64,000 nucleotides of DNA from Guillardia theta CCMP2712 (lineage: Eukaryota; Protista; Cryptophyta): NCBI RefSeq assembly GCF_000315625.1, contig NW_005434587.1, positions 62,001-126,000 of the forward strand, written 5' to 3'. The notes under the pieces were generated by a model. It worked only from the letters and a program-made list of their open reading frames with translations. It ran no database searches and had not been told where the DNA came from. Position 1 is the stretch's first letter. Each line of letters starts with the position of its first letter. Below, one piece after another: positions 38,261 through 50,100 of this stretch. Both the position numbers and the translations under genes were made by a program.

Positions 38261-39977
38261 ATGCAGCCGAGTACGAGCCTCGACTTCCAGAACGCGGTGG
38301 TTCTGGCGCCCATGGTGAGGGCGAGCACGTTGCCGCTCAGAATGCTGGCGTTGGACTATGGTGCAGACTTCGTGTGGACAGAAGAAATCGTTGCAAGGAA
38401 GATCGCCTTGTGCAGCAGATTCTTGAATGAACGTCTGGGAACCGTTGAGTTCTACTCTCCCGACGCTCCTCACTTCCGCGTCTTCCAGACTTGCGAGGCA
38501 GAGAGAGAGAAGGTTGGCCGTCCTGGGCTCACCTGATGCTGCTGACAGGCAGCAGGTCATCTTTCAGATCGGGACGAATTCAGCGCGTGAGGCACTTGAA
38601 GCTGCCATGGTCGTCGTGAACGTAAACGGCCGTGTTGTCAAGTGCGGTAGATGAGTCTGGATGGGGCAGGACGTTGCCGCAATCGACTTGAACATGGGCT
38701 GTCCCAAGCACTTCTCTGTGTCAGGAATAACCTTCACACCCGTGAGATGAAGAAGTGAATGTGAATGAGCAGGAGGGATGGGAGCGGCTCTCTTGTCCAA
38801 ACCTGAGACTGCCGCCGATATCATCAAGACGTTGAAGAGGAACATCAACCTGCCTGTGACGGCCAAGATCCGGTAAGTCGACTGACGATTGGGAGGAGCA
38901 GAGAGTGACAGGAGCTTTTTCTATCAGACTCCTTAAGACGCGCTCAGAGACAGCAGAATTGATGAAACGACTCGAGAGTGCCGGAGTTGACGCAATCACC
39001 GTCCACTGTCGATATGTCGCGTGAGACGCCATAGCAGGGAGTTGCTGCTGCTCCTGACTTGATCTTAGTACGAGACCGCACGAAAGGGCTCTGTGGGAGG
39101 AGCTTGAGCACTGCGTTAGTGCTGTCTCTGTGCCTGTGATTGGTAAGTAGGAGCGGAGTTTCGAAACCTTCCACTGAGAGGATTTTGACAGGAAACGGAG
39201 ACGTGCTGACGAGGAGCGACGGATTGAAGCTGATGGAGAAGTCGCGTTGTGCTGGCGTCATGATTGCAAGAGGAGTAAGGAATTCATGACCTGTTCAAAG
39301 TCTCATCTTCGCTTCAGGCTGTTGAGAATCCGTCTTGCTTCCGAAAAGAAGGCCTTCTCCCTTGTATGGTGCGCTATTCGAAGCCTTGGCGGTTGAGTGC
39401 TAGTGGTTGAAGTGCTTCAATGCATCAGGACTCGCTCAAGGCTCATTTGAAGCAGTGCATGCTCTATGAAGAAGTGAGATGAAATGCGTCACACAGCCGA
39501 TGCTGACGTTCTTCTCGTCCCTTTCCTTTGCTACAGCCTCACCAGAACATCAAGTACATCTACAACAGATTCTTTTCGGAGGTGAAACTCGGGCCAACCC
39601 CTACAAGATCATCTTCCTTCGCCGCTACTACTTCCCACTTCCATCATCCTCCTCCCTTTCCACTCCTCTGCCCTTTCTCCTCCTCTTCCTCAAGATCGGT
39701 GCAGATCTGTGTGCCTGGCGGCTTGATCTTCAATCAAGTGCAACAATCCAAGTCTCGTCGCGAGATCGCTCAAGTCTTTGACCTCCAAAGCTTCTACGAC
39801 GAGCTGGACGTGAGGCTGAGCTGGGCTCCAGCTGGAGACAATGACTTGCCTTGTCAGAGCCGACGAGGGAAAAGCGGGGAGGTCGAAGCTGAGGGATGGG
39901 GGAAGGGAAACCCCTCACATCATGAGTATGAGAGCGAGTTCCAACGACTTCCAGCAAAGAATGGGAACAAGAGGTGA
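38261..39977 (+). CDS. DUS2: tRNA-dihydrouridine(20) synthase DUS2, multi-exon
   Basis: VLAPMVRASTLPLRMLALDYGADFVWTEEI, VIFQIGT, DVAAIDLNMGCPKHFSVS/GGMGAALL, PVTAKIR, ITVHCR, NGDV and VMIARG. Confidence 0.92.
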
Positions 39978-40200
39978 GAAAGAGAACAGGGAGGGAGGAA
40001 AGACGTTGAGCTCTGGAGTTTCGTAGGATACGGGTGGACGATGAAGGAGAAGTGAAGGAGGTTCAAGAAGTGCCGAAGGTTTATTCTCGTGCTCATGACG
40101 GTGTTCTGGGCCAACCTGATTTGTCTTTCAGAAATTCGAATGCCAAGAATGTGGGGAGGTCTTTGCATCCAGAAACAAACTTTTCAAGCATGTGAGGAGC

Positions 40201-43200
40201 TCAGGGCATGACAACAGCAAGTGATAACTCATTAGTCTGAGCCACGAATGAAGTTTTTGATCCGTTGTAGAAAACAATTGGAACAGAAATAGAAAGCACA
40301 CGAAAACACGAAAACGGGAAGAACTTGTTCAGGTTTTCCTGCTTGAGGAGGGGATACCGTGATCTAGAGTAGAATCATCGTAAAGCTGAAACCGAGTCTC
40401 TTGCCATGAAACGCCAGCTGAAGCCCCACCAAACTTGGCCACCAGCTGTTACAAGCGCATCAGCGTCCAATCTCCCACCTGACGCCCAACTGACCTGGAT
40501 GACAGTTCCCACTGGCATGTCGAGAGCCCAGAACGGCTTCCCCTTTGAATCGCCGCTTCCCAGGAAGTATTCATACAGAATCTGAAAGAAAGTGAGAAGC
40601 AGAGACGGAGGGAGAGAGCGGGCGACTTGGAGGGTGGAGAGGTGAGAAATGACAATCACTGGTGAGACTTGTCGCTCAAGGTAGTCGACTATGAAGGGCT
40701 CCAGTCGTTTGGTCACATCCTGTAGCAGCAAGAGCAGGATAAGAAACAACTCTTCTCATGCAAGCACAAGGCTGTCCACACAGCTCAAGTTCGTCATACC
40801 TGCTGAGACTCGCCACCGGGCAGCCGAGCTCGACAAGGGTCTTTCCTCATCCGCTGTATCGCACTCAGACATTGTTTCCACACAAACACAGAAAGACCTC
40901 AAGCTGTTCCGGCCCCAACATTTGTCGGATTTCTCCCATTGTCATACCGTGACAAGCTCCCACCTAACATGCGACCATGAGCCAACTTCACAGGAGGAAT
41001 CAGATGTATGACATCGACTGGATTGAGGGCACTGCAGAATTCAAGTCTTGAACCTCTGAAGACCTCACTGTGTACATCATGGTAAAGGGCACATTGATTC
41101 AATCGACTAAATTATCTCAAACCTGCAGATCCTTCCAGTCTCCATGGCTCCTACGAATAACCATCAGACTCTCCCGCAGATTAAGACAAAACTTTGGTAG
41201 GTCATACGCGGTAGAGTGCTTGTAAAGATATAAGGTTTTTCATCGCCTCTTTCTTGGCATCTTTTCTTTATAAAGTATCCTAGTCGTTCTGCAAGAAAAT
41301 ATATCAGTTCACATATACAAGCAACAAGCAACAAATCCACCTGCCATTCTCCTCCCTTCATCATTCAAGCTAGCTCCATCTGCAGACGGCTGCAAGTATA
41401 GTTGGACCATGAAAGTTTTGAAACAATCTTCTTCAGCGTACATGAGGTATGACTAGGTTGAGTGAGTCGGGGGAGCAAGGGGCCATGTCTTCGACAAGCG
41501 TTCTTGGAATGGAGGAACTTTGCGGCCAAGAATAATTCCCTGTTATCAAGCTGTCATCGGAAGATAAGCCGTCTGCCACACTTATACCAATAGAATGCTG
41601 TGTCGATCTTTCTGCTCTCTGCCACGAAGCCGTGCCTTTGAATTTTCATCAGCTTTCATTCACAAGCTGATTCCTCATATCAAACCAGCAAAAGAACCCC
41701 AGTAATCGTCCTCGTCTTCCGAGAGAATGAGCTCAGGCGGCTCAGATGAATTCCCTTCCTTTGTTCTGCTCACAAAAAATCAACTCTGAATGCAAGATCC
41801 CACCAACAGGAAAAATAGCAGAAGAGAAAGAAGCAAGATGGGTCATCAAACCCAAACAAAGGTCGTCTACCTGACGTTGTCTACATGATGGCTGGAGACC
41901 TTGTTTGCCGGACTAATGGGTGAAGAAACAGGCCTGTCACGAGGCATACTCTTCGGGGATTGCAACTGATGTGCAACAACTCCTGGATGACAAGATCCCA
42001 TGTAAACATGAGGGTCAACATCCACCTGTACCATGACGCGTCAGGGAGGAGGAGAATCGTAAACACCCATTCAAGTAAGTTACCGGCCCTGGTCGGACAA
42101 GCCAGACTGGTCTCTCGAGAACATGCAAACTCATGAGAAATGCAAGTATACGATGCTGCAAAGAGAGGTACGTTCAGAGTCCACAACCATCCTAACCCTC
42201 GCAACACACGGCAGATAGGAGGGAGAACTTTGGATACAGTAGAGTTTCTTCTACACAAGAAAGCCATTCCTTTACCTGTGTCCTTCCATGTATCTTGTTG
42301 CAAACAACTTTTGATGACAGGTTGATCACCTGATGTTTCTCAGTTTCAACCAACATCAAAACTGGACGTCGAAGAATACCTTAATATACGATAAAGAATC
42401 ATCACCAATTGGGCGATATATCTGCTCGTACTTTCTTATTCTTTCGCTAAACTCAAATCGAGCCTGTGCACATCGTTCAGCCGGACAGCACGTCGAAAAC
42501 ATAGAGATGCCTTTTCGGGATCAATCCCAACAAAGTCCGGGGAGCTGCTGACTTTGTGCTGTAGACAGAAGTCAGCATCCATGCAGAGGAGACATGGCTT
42601 GCAGGAACATCTTCACATTATCATAAAGGAGAAAGGACACGACAAATCACAGGTTCATATCGAACCTTCAGGTTCGCTTCAAGAACTTTAGGATCATCAC
42701 AGATTGACTCGATGAACAGCACTTTGATGTCACTAGAGTATGTCAATGCACACTCCAGGACCATCCTTCTTCGTTCATCTGTCGTATTTGTAGCATCGAA
42801 AATCCCAACGTCTCCCTCTCCCAAAACCAGCCATGAAAGCAATTCGTTCAAGACAGTCCATGCGAGGTTTTCCCGCTTCGCAACAGCGTCCTTGTTATTT
42901 GCATCGAAGAATTCCGCGTCTTCATTCCCGCCAACAGCCCTCCTGTATGCTCCAACATTGAATACCTTGGTTCTCAACCCATACCATGTCAGATAGTTCG
43001 TAAGGCGATGGGAAATGAACGATTTCCCCCTTGCCGGGAGGCCAACCATGACAATGAGCAGTCGCTTCCTATCATCCCCCAGAAGGGACATCCTGTCCGG
43101 ATCAGACTCATGCAGACCGGGGGGGATGAGGAAAGAAGAGGAGGAGGAGGATGCGTTGCCATGTCCTGGGGACGAAGGTGCCAGCAGCTCCCGCAGTATG

Positions 43201-43229
43201 TGCGAAGCCGACAGCCATAGCTCCCCCAT
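40201..43229 (-). CDS. 6-phosphofructo-2-kinase/fructose-2,6-bisphosphatase family protein, multi-exon; 3' end approximate
   Basis: LIVMVGLPARGKSFIS, KVFNVGAYRR, GIFDATNTTDERR, LFIESICDD, IFTSTLPR, DVTKRLEPFIVDYLERQ and VISHLSTLQ. Confidence 0.93.
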
Positions 43230-43976
43230 GTTCGCCCTTGACTACCCCAACCCCCCTCCTTCCCTGAAAATGGACCCACCCTTTCAGCTCCACCCCCACA
43301 ACATTAGATGACTACCCCTACCCTCTAGAGTAAAAGTTGACCCCTACTGCTTCCTCCATCTCGGGGAGTAGTACCCCACAGAGACAGAAGTTCACTTTGT
43401 TGGACCGGTACTCCGGAGAGTGCTTTACTCCAGGTTACTCAATAATAACTAATAATGGTACTAGATTTACTACCCACCCCAGAGAATCTCTGCCTTTTCA
43501 CCCCACCTACAGTCCTATACCCCTACCCTCTGAGAATGGGACGGTACAGGACCCGCCACCACTACCCACCCCTGATCAAACACCCTTCTTGTCCACCCCT
43601 TCTTTTAACACGATTTCCCGTTCTATGGACCCCATTTTCTAACATCCCCACCCCCTCATTTCAGAATTCACTACCCCTATCTCTCCCGTGTCAAGTTCCC
43701 ATCTACACCCGCTTCCCTGTGATAGTATAAAAACTCCGAGTCTCTGCCCGGAGTCACCGGCGGGCCCGGGCTGCCCGGCGGTGGCCCGCGGCGGCCCGGC
43801 CGTATGTGCAGTGCTGGCACTGAAGTAGTACCGTAAACCCTTGACGGACCGTGTAGCGGCTTGCCCGGCCCAAGGAGAAGGCATCCGGCGAGACGGCCGG
43901 GCGCAGGCGCCCGGCTCAGACTGTCGGCTGACTCGGGCGCTTCAAACTCAGTTGGCAGGCTTGACTCCGTGAAGCA

Positions 43977-44096
43977 CCCATAGTGATTTTTCACTCAAAG
44001 TTAAGTTAAAAATCAGCCCATAGTGACTTTTCACTCAAAGTTAAGTAAAACAATGAGCCCATAGTGCCTCGTACTGATTTTAACTTAACTTTGAGT
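43977..44096. repeat. Two 40-bp direct repeats, a partial third copy and an inverted copy
   Basis: CCCATAGTGA(T/C)TTTTCACTCAAAGTTAAGT at 43977 and 44017, CCCATAGTG at 44058, and inverted CTGATTTTAACTTAACTTTGAGT at 44074-44096. Confidence 0.85.
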
Positions 44097-44441
44097 AAAT
44101 GAATGTCTCGCCAAAGTTTTTTTTCGCGTTGGACTCTGGTTGACCTCCGGGTTCCGACTTCGCCGCCGATATGTACCCGAATCCTCCTAGCTCACCCCTC
44201 CTAATCAGAAGTCTGAGTGGTAAATGAGGGGTAGGGGGTCAATAACACCCCCCCCCCTTGACCCAAGGAAGGAGGGACTCGGTGGCTGGTTTGTTTTGAC
44301 GGACGCGGAGTATATCCGATATCCGAGAAACAGAGCTATCAATGCATGCCAAGCGTAAGAGCGGGAAATGGAGAGGGAGGAAGGGAGAAGATGGAGTGTT
44401 TTGACGATAAGGAGACTTCTCCTAGTCATGATGTTCACTAA

Positions 44442-46540
44442 ATGATTTCCACAGGGTGTATGAAGATGACTCAAGACATACGCCAGGATCGCAGCGAATT
44501 TTCACAATTTCTCGTTCCTAAGAACGCTTCTTTACTCGAAGAAGTTTTGTCTCTAAGAGAACAGGTTACCTCACTGAAAAATACCCTTCAGATGATATAC
44601 ACGAGAGAAAACAACCAACTAGCACGAAAAGCAAAGAAGGTTATTGGTTTTTGGATTAGGAACAGTATGATGAAATCTTTCCATTCTTGGAAAAATATTG
44701 CAATTACCAGCAAACGAATGGCGATCATCATGGCCAGAGTGTCAAGGCGATGGGTCTATCACGCGGTAGATCCTGCCTTCCAAGCTTGGCACGCGAATTC
44801 CAAGCAGCAGATGCGCACAAAGCAGCTCGGAGCAAGGATTGTGAAGCATTGGCTCCGACGCTCGCTTGCTACAGCCTTCGATGGGTGGCATGAGCATGCT
44901 GGCCAGCTCAAGCGTCAGGGAGAGCTTTTGACTACGATCACGAGGCGATGGGTCTATCACGCGGTAGATCCTGCCTTCCAAGCTTGGCACGCGAATTCCA
45001 AGCAGCAGATGCGCACAAAGCAGCTCGGAGCAAGGATTGTGAAGCATTGGCTCCGACGCTCGCTTGCTACAGCCTTCGATGGGTGGCATGAGCATGCTGG
45101 CCAGCTCAAGCGTCAGGGAGAGCTTTTGACTACGATCACGAGGCGATGGGTCTATCACGCGGTAGATCCTGCCTTCCAAGCTTGGCACGCGAATTCCAAG
45201 CAGCAGATGCGCACAAAGCAGCTCGGAGCAAGGATTGTGAAGCATTGGCTCCGACGCTCGCTTGCTACAGCCTTCGATGGGTGGCATGAGCATGCTGGCC
45301 AGCTCAAGCGTCAGGGAGAGCTTTTGACTACGATCACGAGGCGATGGGTCTATCACGCGGTAGATCCTGCCTTCCAAGCTTGGCACGCAAATGCAAAGAG
45401 ACAGAAGAGAATGGATCAATTAGGGTTGAAAATAATTTTGAGCTGGAAATTCAAGTCCCTCTCCAAGGTAATGAGAAGGTGGAAAGTTTTCAGGACACAC
45501 ACAAGTATGGTGATGAACAACTCCCGACGAATATTTGCATACATCAGTGGACGAGTGAAGGAGAGTGCTTTCTTCAGTTGGGCAGACCACACACTACAAC
45601 ATTCTAAGTTAGACAAACATCTAGCTATGATCGCAAAAGAACGTCTAAAATCACGTCCGAAGCTCAAACGATCAAAGTCTGTGCCAAGTATGGACCGAAG
45701 GCATGTCGACAGACTTTATGCAGCGCTGGAGACACGATGGTGAGCGATATCAACTTGTCTAGGGATTTACTGAGAGCTCGATCAGGCTAAAAAGAGCAGA
45801 CGAATGTTGGGACAGCATAGAGCTTAAGATTCTGAAGCACATTGAAGCCTATGATCGCAAATACTGCACAAAGAAAAACTCGGAAATGATAGGTCTTCTT
45901 TAGCTACAAGTGTCTACTCTCTTGTTGACTTGGTGTTGCAGGGGGCCATCTCTTCGATCATCGTTACCAGAAGGCAGGGATGGAACCTTTGAAGTACAAG
46001 GGACAAGAGCAGTCTGAATGCTCTCTGACCATCTTTATCTCTTCAGGTTTCCGGAGACCATCCCTTCACTGATGGGATCTGTGGTCGTCGGGTTGCAGCA
46101 TGGGATACAGTCAGACCAGGCTGCAATGTGGAAGACCGAGAAGATGGAGCTTCGGGTGAGAGAGCAGGCTGGTCTTATAACACCTCACCAGTTTCCACAG
46201 AGGTACTGTTCCCATCTAGAAACCATCAACAACAGGCTCATCATCGAAAAGGTATACGAGATGTGCGTTACCTCAACCTTTGTTTCACTTCTGAGCAGAT
46301 TGACTCGTGTAAGCAAGGGCGTTTGTTTTTCTGGTGAGCAGAATGGAGCCTGAAAGGGCTGAGTGCCAAGTTTTCACCGTTGTACACGGCGACATTGTCA
46401 AGTGGTCCGACGTATCCAACAGAGGGATTCAAAGAGATATCAATCAGGTTGGATCGTGGGATGAAAGAAGCCGAAGAGGCTTGCGTTGGCTTCATGACAC
46501 GTGGACTGCTGGAATCATACATGGCCAGTTGTTCTCGTAA
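44442..46540 (+). CDS. Sfi1-like (centrin-binding) repeat protein; continues through short 3' exons
   Basis: FxxW motifs at 33-aa spacing (AVDPAFQAW, SLATAFDGW, MMKSFHSW, KESAFFSW). Donor near 45740 followed by exon LKRADECWDSIELK. The 3' end is tentative. Confidence 0.7.
44745..45388 (+). repeat. Perfect 198-bp coding tandem repeat (3.25 copies)
   Basis: AGGCGATGGGTCTATCACGCGG starts at 44745, 44943, 45141 and 45339. Confidence 0.95.
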
Positions 46541-47104
46541 ATTCGTGTGATCAATAACATGTGAAGTCTAACTCTCGGAGTGCTGGAAGACTGAAAACTT
46601 GATACTCTGTCAGCTCAATTTTCCCAAGTCTCCCCTTCCCACTGGCTACGTTCTCCTCATCCTCTCCTCTGCTTCTCCATCATCTGCTTGCATCTTTTCC
46701 CAGGTTCTTGTTTCCCTGGCTATCTCCTTCCTGTAAAAGAATTTAGCTAAATATTCGTGACATGAAGAAGAGGGGGTAGTAAATACTGGGTAAAAGAGGG
46801 GTGGTCAAAGACATGGGGGGTTTGACAAGTTCGTTGGTCAACCACGGCAGGAGATGGCAGAAAACGAGAAGGCGAAGGAGGAGGAAGAGGAGGAGGCGAA
46901 GGAAGAGGAGGAGGCGAAGGAGGCGAAGGAGGAGGAAGGCAACGATGATGCTGACAACGATCACTTCAAGGAGAGGAACGAGTGGTGGAGCTCGATCTGA
47001 AGGATCAGGAGAAAGTAAACAGCAAAACGGCAAGAAACATACAAGGGGGGATGGCATCGTTGGCTAGTCCGTGAGGAGGGAGAGGAAGGAGTAGCCTTGA
47101 GACG

Positions 47105-50100
47105 ATGTCTTCTCCTGTTGCACATCGGGAGGAGAAGGAGGGTGAGTCTGCCAACGATGATGTGCTCACAGAAGCAAACAATCTCCCAGCAGACGGTATT
47201 GAAGCAACTATGCAAGATCAGGGGGCCCTTGAGCAAGAGGATACGACTGTACAAGGATTTAACCTAGAAGAAGAGCAGGAGAATGTCGATCAGGATGGTC
47301 AAGAAGAACAAGACATCATGGACCATGTAGACAGGGTGGACAAAAAGCGCATTGATTGGAGACAACGGCTGATTTCCGTGCAGAATTCCTGGCAATGGCT
47401 GAGGGAACGGAGCAGGAGATTACGAAAAAAGATACGATATCATGCTTTCTTCCTTCTCGTCTCCATCGCAAGCTCGATCTCTCTGCTTCTTCGCCTCACC
47501 ATGACGACATCATCAATCTACTGGTTGAATCCTTTCTTCCTGTCGGACGTCGTCGCTGCTGTACTATTCACACTAGATGTTCTCATCGGTGTGATTGCAT
47601 ATGGCTTCTGTTCACATCCGGAGTCTTACTTCCGCATGAACCTCTACAACAAGGTCAGAAACTCTCTCTCCTCCCGTTCAAGTCGTTCTCCTGTTCTCGT
47701 CTATCACCGAGTCTTTAATTTCGGTCTCCTTCTTATCCTGCTTGCAGATCGATACACTCGTTGCAATCCTCATATGGCCAGAGATTGTACTCAGGATCTT
47801 TGGCTTCCGCTTGTCTTTCCGTACTCTCAAGATATTCCGCATCTTCTTCATCATCTCCAGAACCCGCGCGCTCCATCGCGTGCAGAGCATCGTCTCCTCC
47901 CTCGCGCAGGCCACGGCATCTCTGGCAGCCACCACCTTGCTCCTTGTCGTCGGGCTGCTCGGATTTGCTGTGGTGAGTGAAGATGTTCTGTTCTGTGTTA
48001 GCGATCTTTGACGGTGCTGAAACGCAACAGATGGGTGTGGAGTTGTACATGGGTTCGGTGAACAGGTTCTGCTACTGGATGGACACCCAAGACTTGGTGG
48101 TCCCAGTGAGGAACTGCAAGGCTGTCCGGGGTCCCTGGAGATCTAGCTGTTCCTTCATGCAGGAGTGCAAGGGGTCGGCTGAGAGCTCCGGGCACATCTC
48201 CTTCGATGACGCGCTCCTGGGATTCGTCACCGTGTTCCAGGTTGCGTCGATGGACAGCGCCTATGCGGTCATCCATACTTTCTTGCAGTCAGAGCCAGCC
48301 TTCAAGTTGTTGACTTGGTTGTTCTTTATCGCAATCAACGCTCTGTTCAGCATCATCGCGTTCAACATGTGAGGCTTTCACGGCCATGACGATGAGTTGC
48401 TTCATGTGGACTATGTTTCTTTGTGTTGGTCGTGGTGTTGACCACGGCGGTGTAACTGTGAAGTGACGTGTGTTCACAGGTTCACCGCGATTATCTCGAG
48501 CTACTTCCTCCTGGGCCTTGGAGGAGACAAGAAGGATCAGGACGAGCAACCGAAGGGGAAGGGGAACGCAGTCTTCCCGCTCAACGGCGACAACCCGTTC
48601 CAGGCAGAGGCTGAACGCGTCAAGACTCAATCCGTCAGGATTCGACGCACCCGCAGCGGGAGGACCCAGTCTCGTCAGGCGTCCAGAGGCTCCAGGAGGA
48701 TGGAAGAGGAGCAGGACGACGGTCTCAGCCTGTCCGACGTCCTTGAGAGTGACATCTGGAAGCTCTCGCTCGACTTCCTTATCATAGTCAACACCCTCAC
48801 CTTCCTCATCTGGAATGACGTGCCCTCAACTAGGGTCCGAGCTGTCTTCGAGTACATCCAGGACGTGACCTCCTCGCTCTTCCTCCTTGAGATCGTCCTT
48901 CGCGTCTACAGCGCGGGGGCAGTCTGGCAGTTTGCCAAGGATCCGACGAATCTCTTTGACGCCCTAGTCACCGTCGTCTCGTCCGTTGGGCTCTTTCTCC
49001 AGCTAGCCTCCGCCTCCTCCGCCTCCGTGCAGACGTGGAAGTCGATCTCAGTTATTCGCCTCCTCCGTACTTTGATGCAGCTCAGCCACACCAGGCAGAT
49101 CCTCATCCTTGCAGCGAAGTCGATCCCCGTTGTCTTCAACCTGATCATCGTCATCGTGGTACGTCTGCAAACCTGGTGAGATGCGATCCTGGTCTGACTC
49201 GTAGAGCTTGACAGGTTGTTCTCATGATGTTCTCGATCGCTGCGATGGACCTGATCGCAGGAGGAAAGAACGGGAGCAACGCCTACTTCGACAACTTCCC
49301 GACTTCAGTGCAGAACCTCGTGGAGATATTTGTGACTGACTCGTGGACGAGTATCATGTGGGGAAGCACCACCGACTCTTGTCTTGAGAGCACCGAGTGT
49401 AACTCCAAGTTCAACGACACGGTCGCGCTGGTCCTGCTGCTGCTCTTCTTCTTCCTCTCTCAGTTCGTCTTGTTGGCCCTGTTCATCGCAGTGATCCTTG
49501 ACAACTTTGGAAGTGACAGCCTTGATGTCAGCGATAGTGACAAGACAGCCTTCGAGAACTTTCTGCAGTTTGCAAGGATGAAGGTTGACGCGATGAGAGG
49601 AAAGTGAGTCGAGTGAACTTTGACGCAGATGAAAGCAGCAAGAGCAGCGCTATGGAGGACAGCAAAGGCTTGCTTCAAGAAGTGAGTGCTCGTTTTCTGT
49701 TGTTCAAATCTCAGCTTTCTTGCTCCCCTCGTTTCACTCCTGCGCTCTTCGAGCTTCTCTCAAAAATCTCCACAGGAAGGACAAGACGAAGATCAGGATC
49801 GAAGCGATGTCGGCAGAGGATTTGCTGCTCAACGAGACGTACCTCAAACAGTACAACCTGTCATGCCGGATAGACACGTGCAAGGATTACTTCGAGACCC
49901 AGATCGCTGACGATTCCTCGGCTCCGAGTTGGCAAGCCAACAATGTTTATGTCTTCAACTATGAGGGAAACTCGATGGTGGTACCTCTGCGCGTCATCAT
50001 ACTCAACAAACATGTGATCGAAAATCATGAGCTGGTGGGAGTTGGTTTCTATGCTCTAGATCTCGAAGCATTGCGCAAAGATGGTTTTGCTATGGAGGAG

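Noticed and set aside
43977-44096. Possible CRISPR-like array
   Set aside because: Only 2-3 adjoining units, no unique spacers, no cas genes, and a eukaryotic context.
44742-45419. Minus-strand 225-aa repeat ORF
   Set aside because: Antisense of the 198-bp coding repeat; the plus frame has the Sfi1 pattern and extends beyond the repeat.
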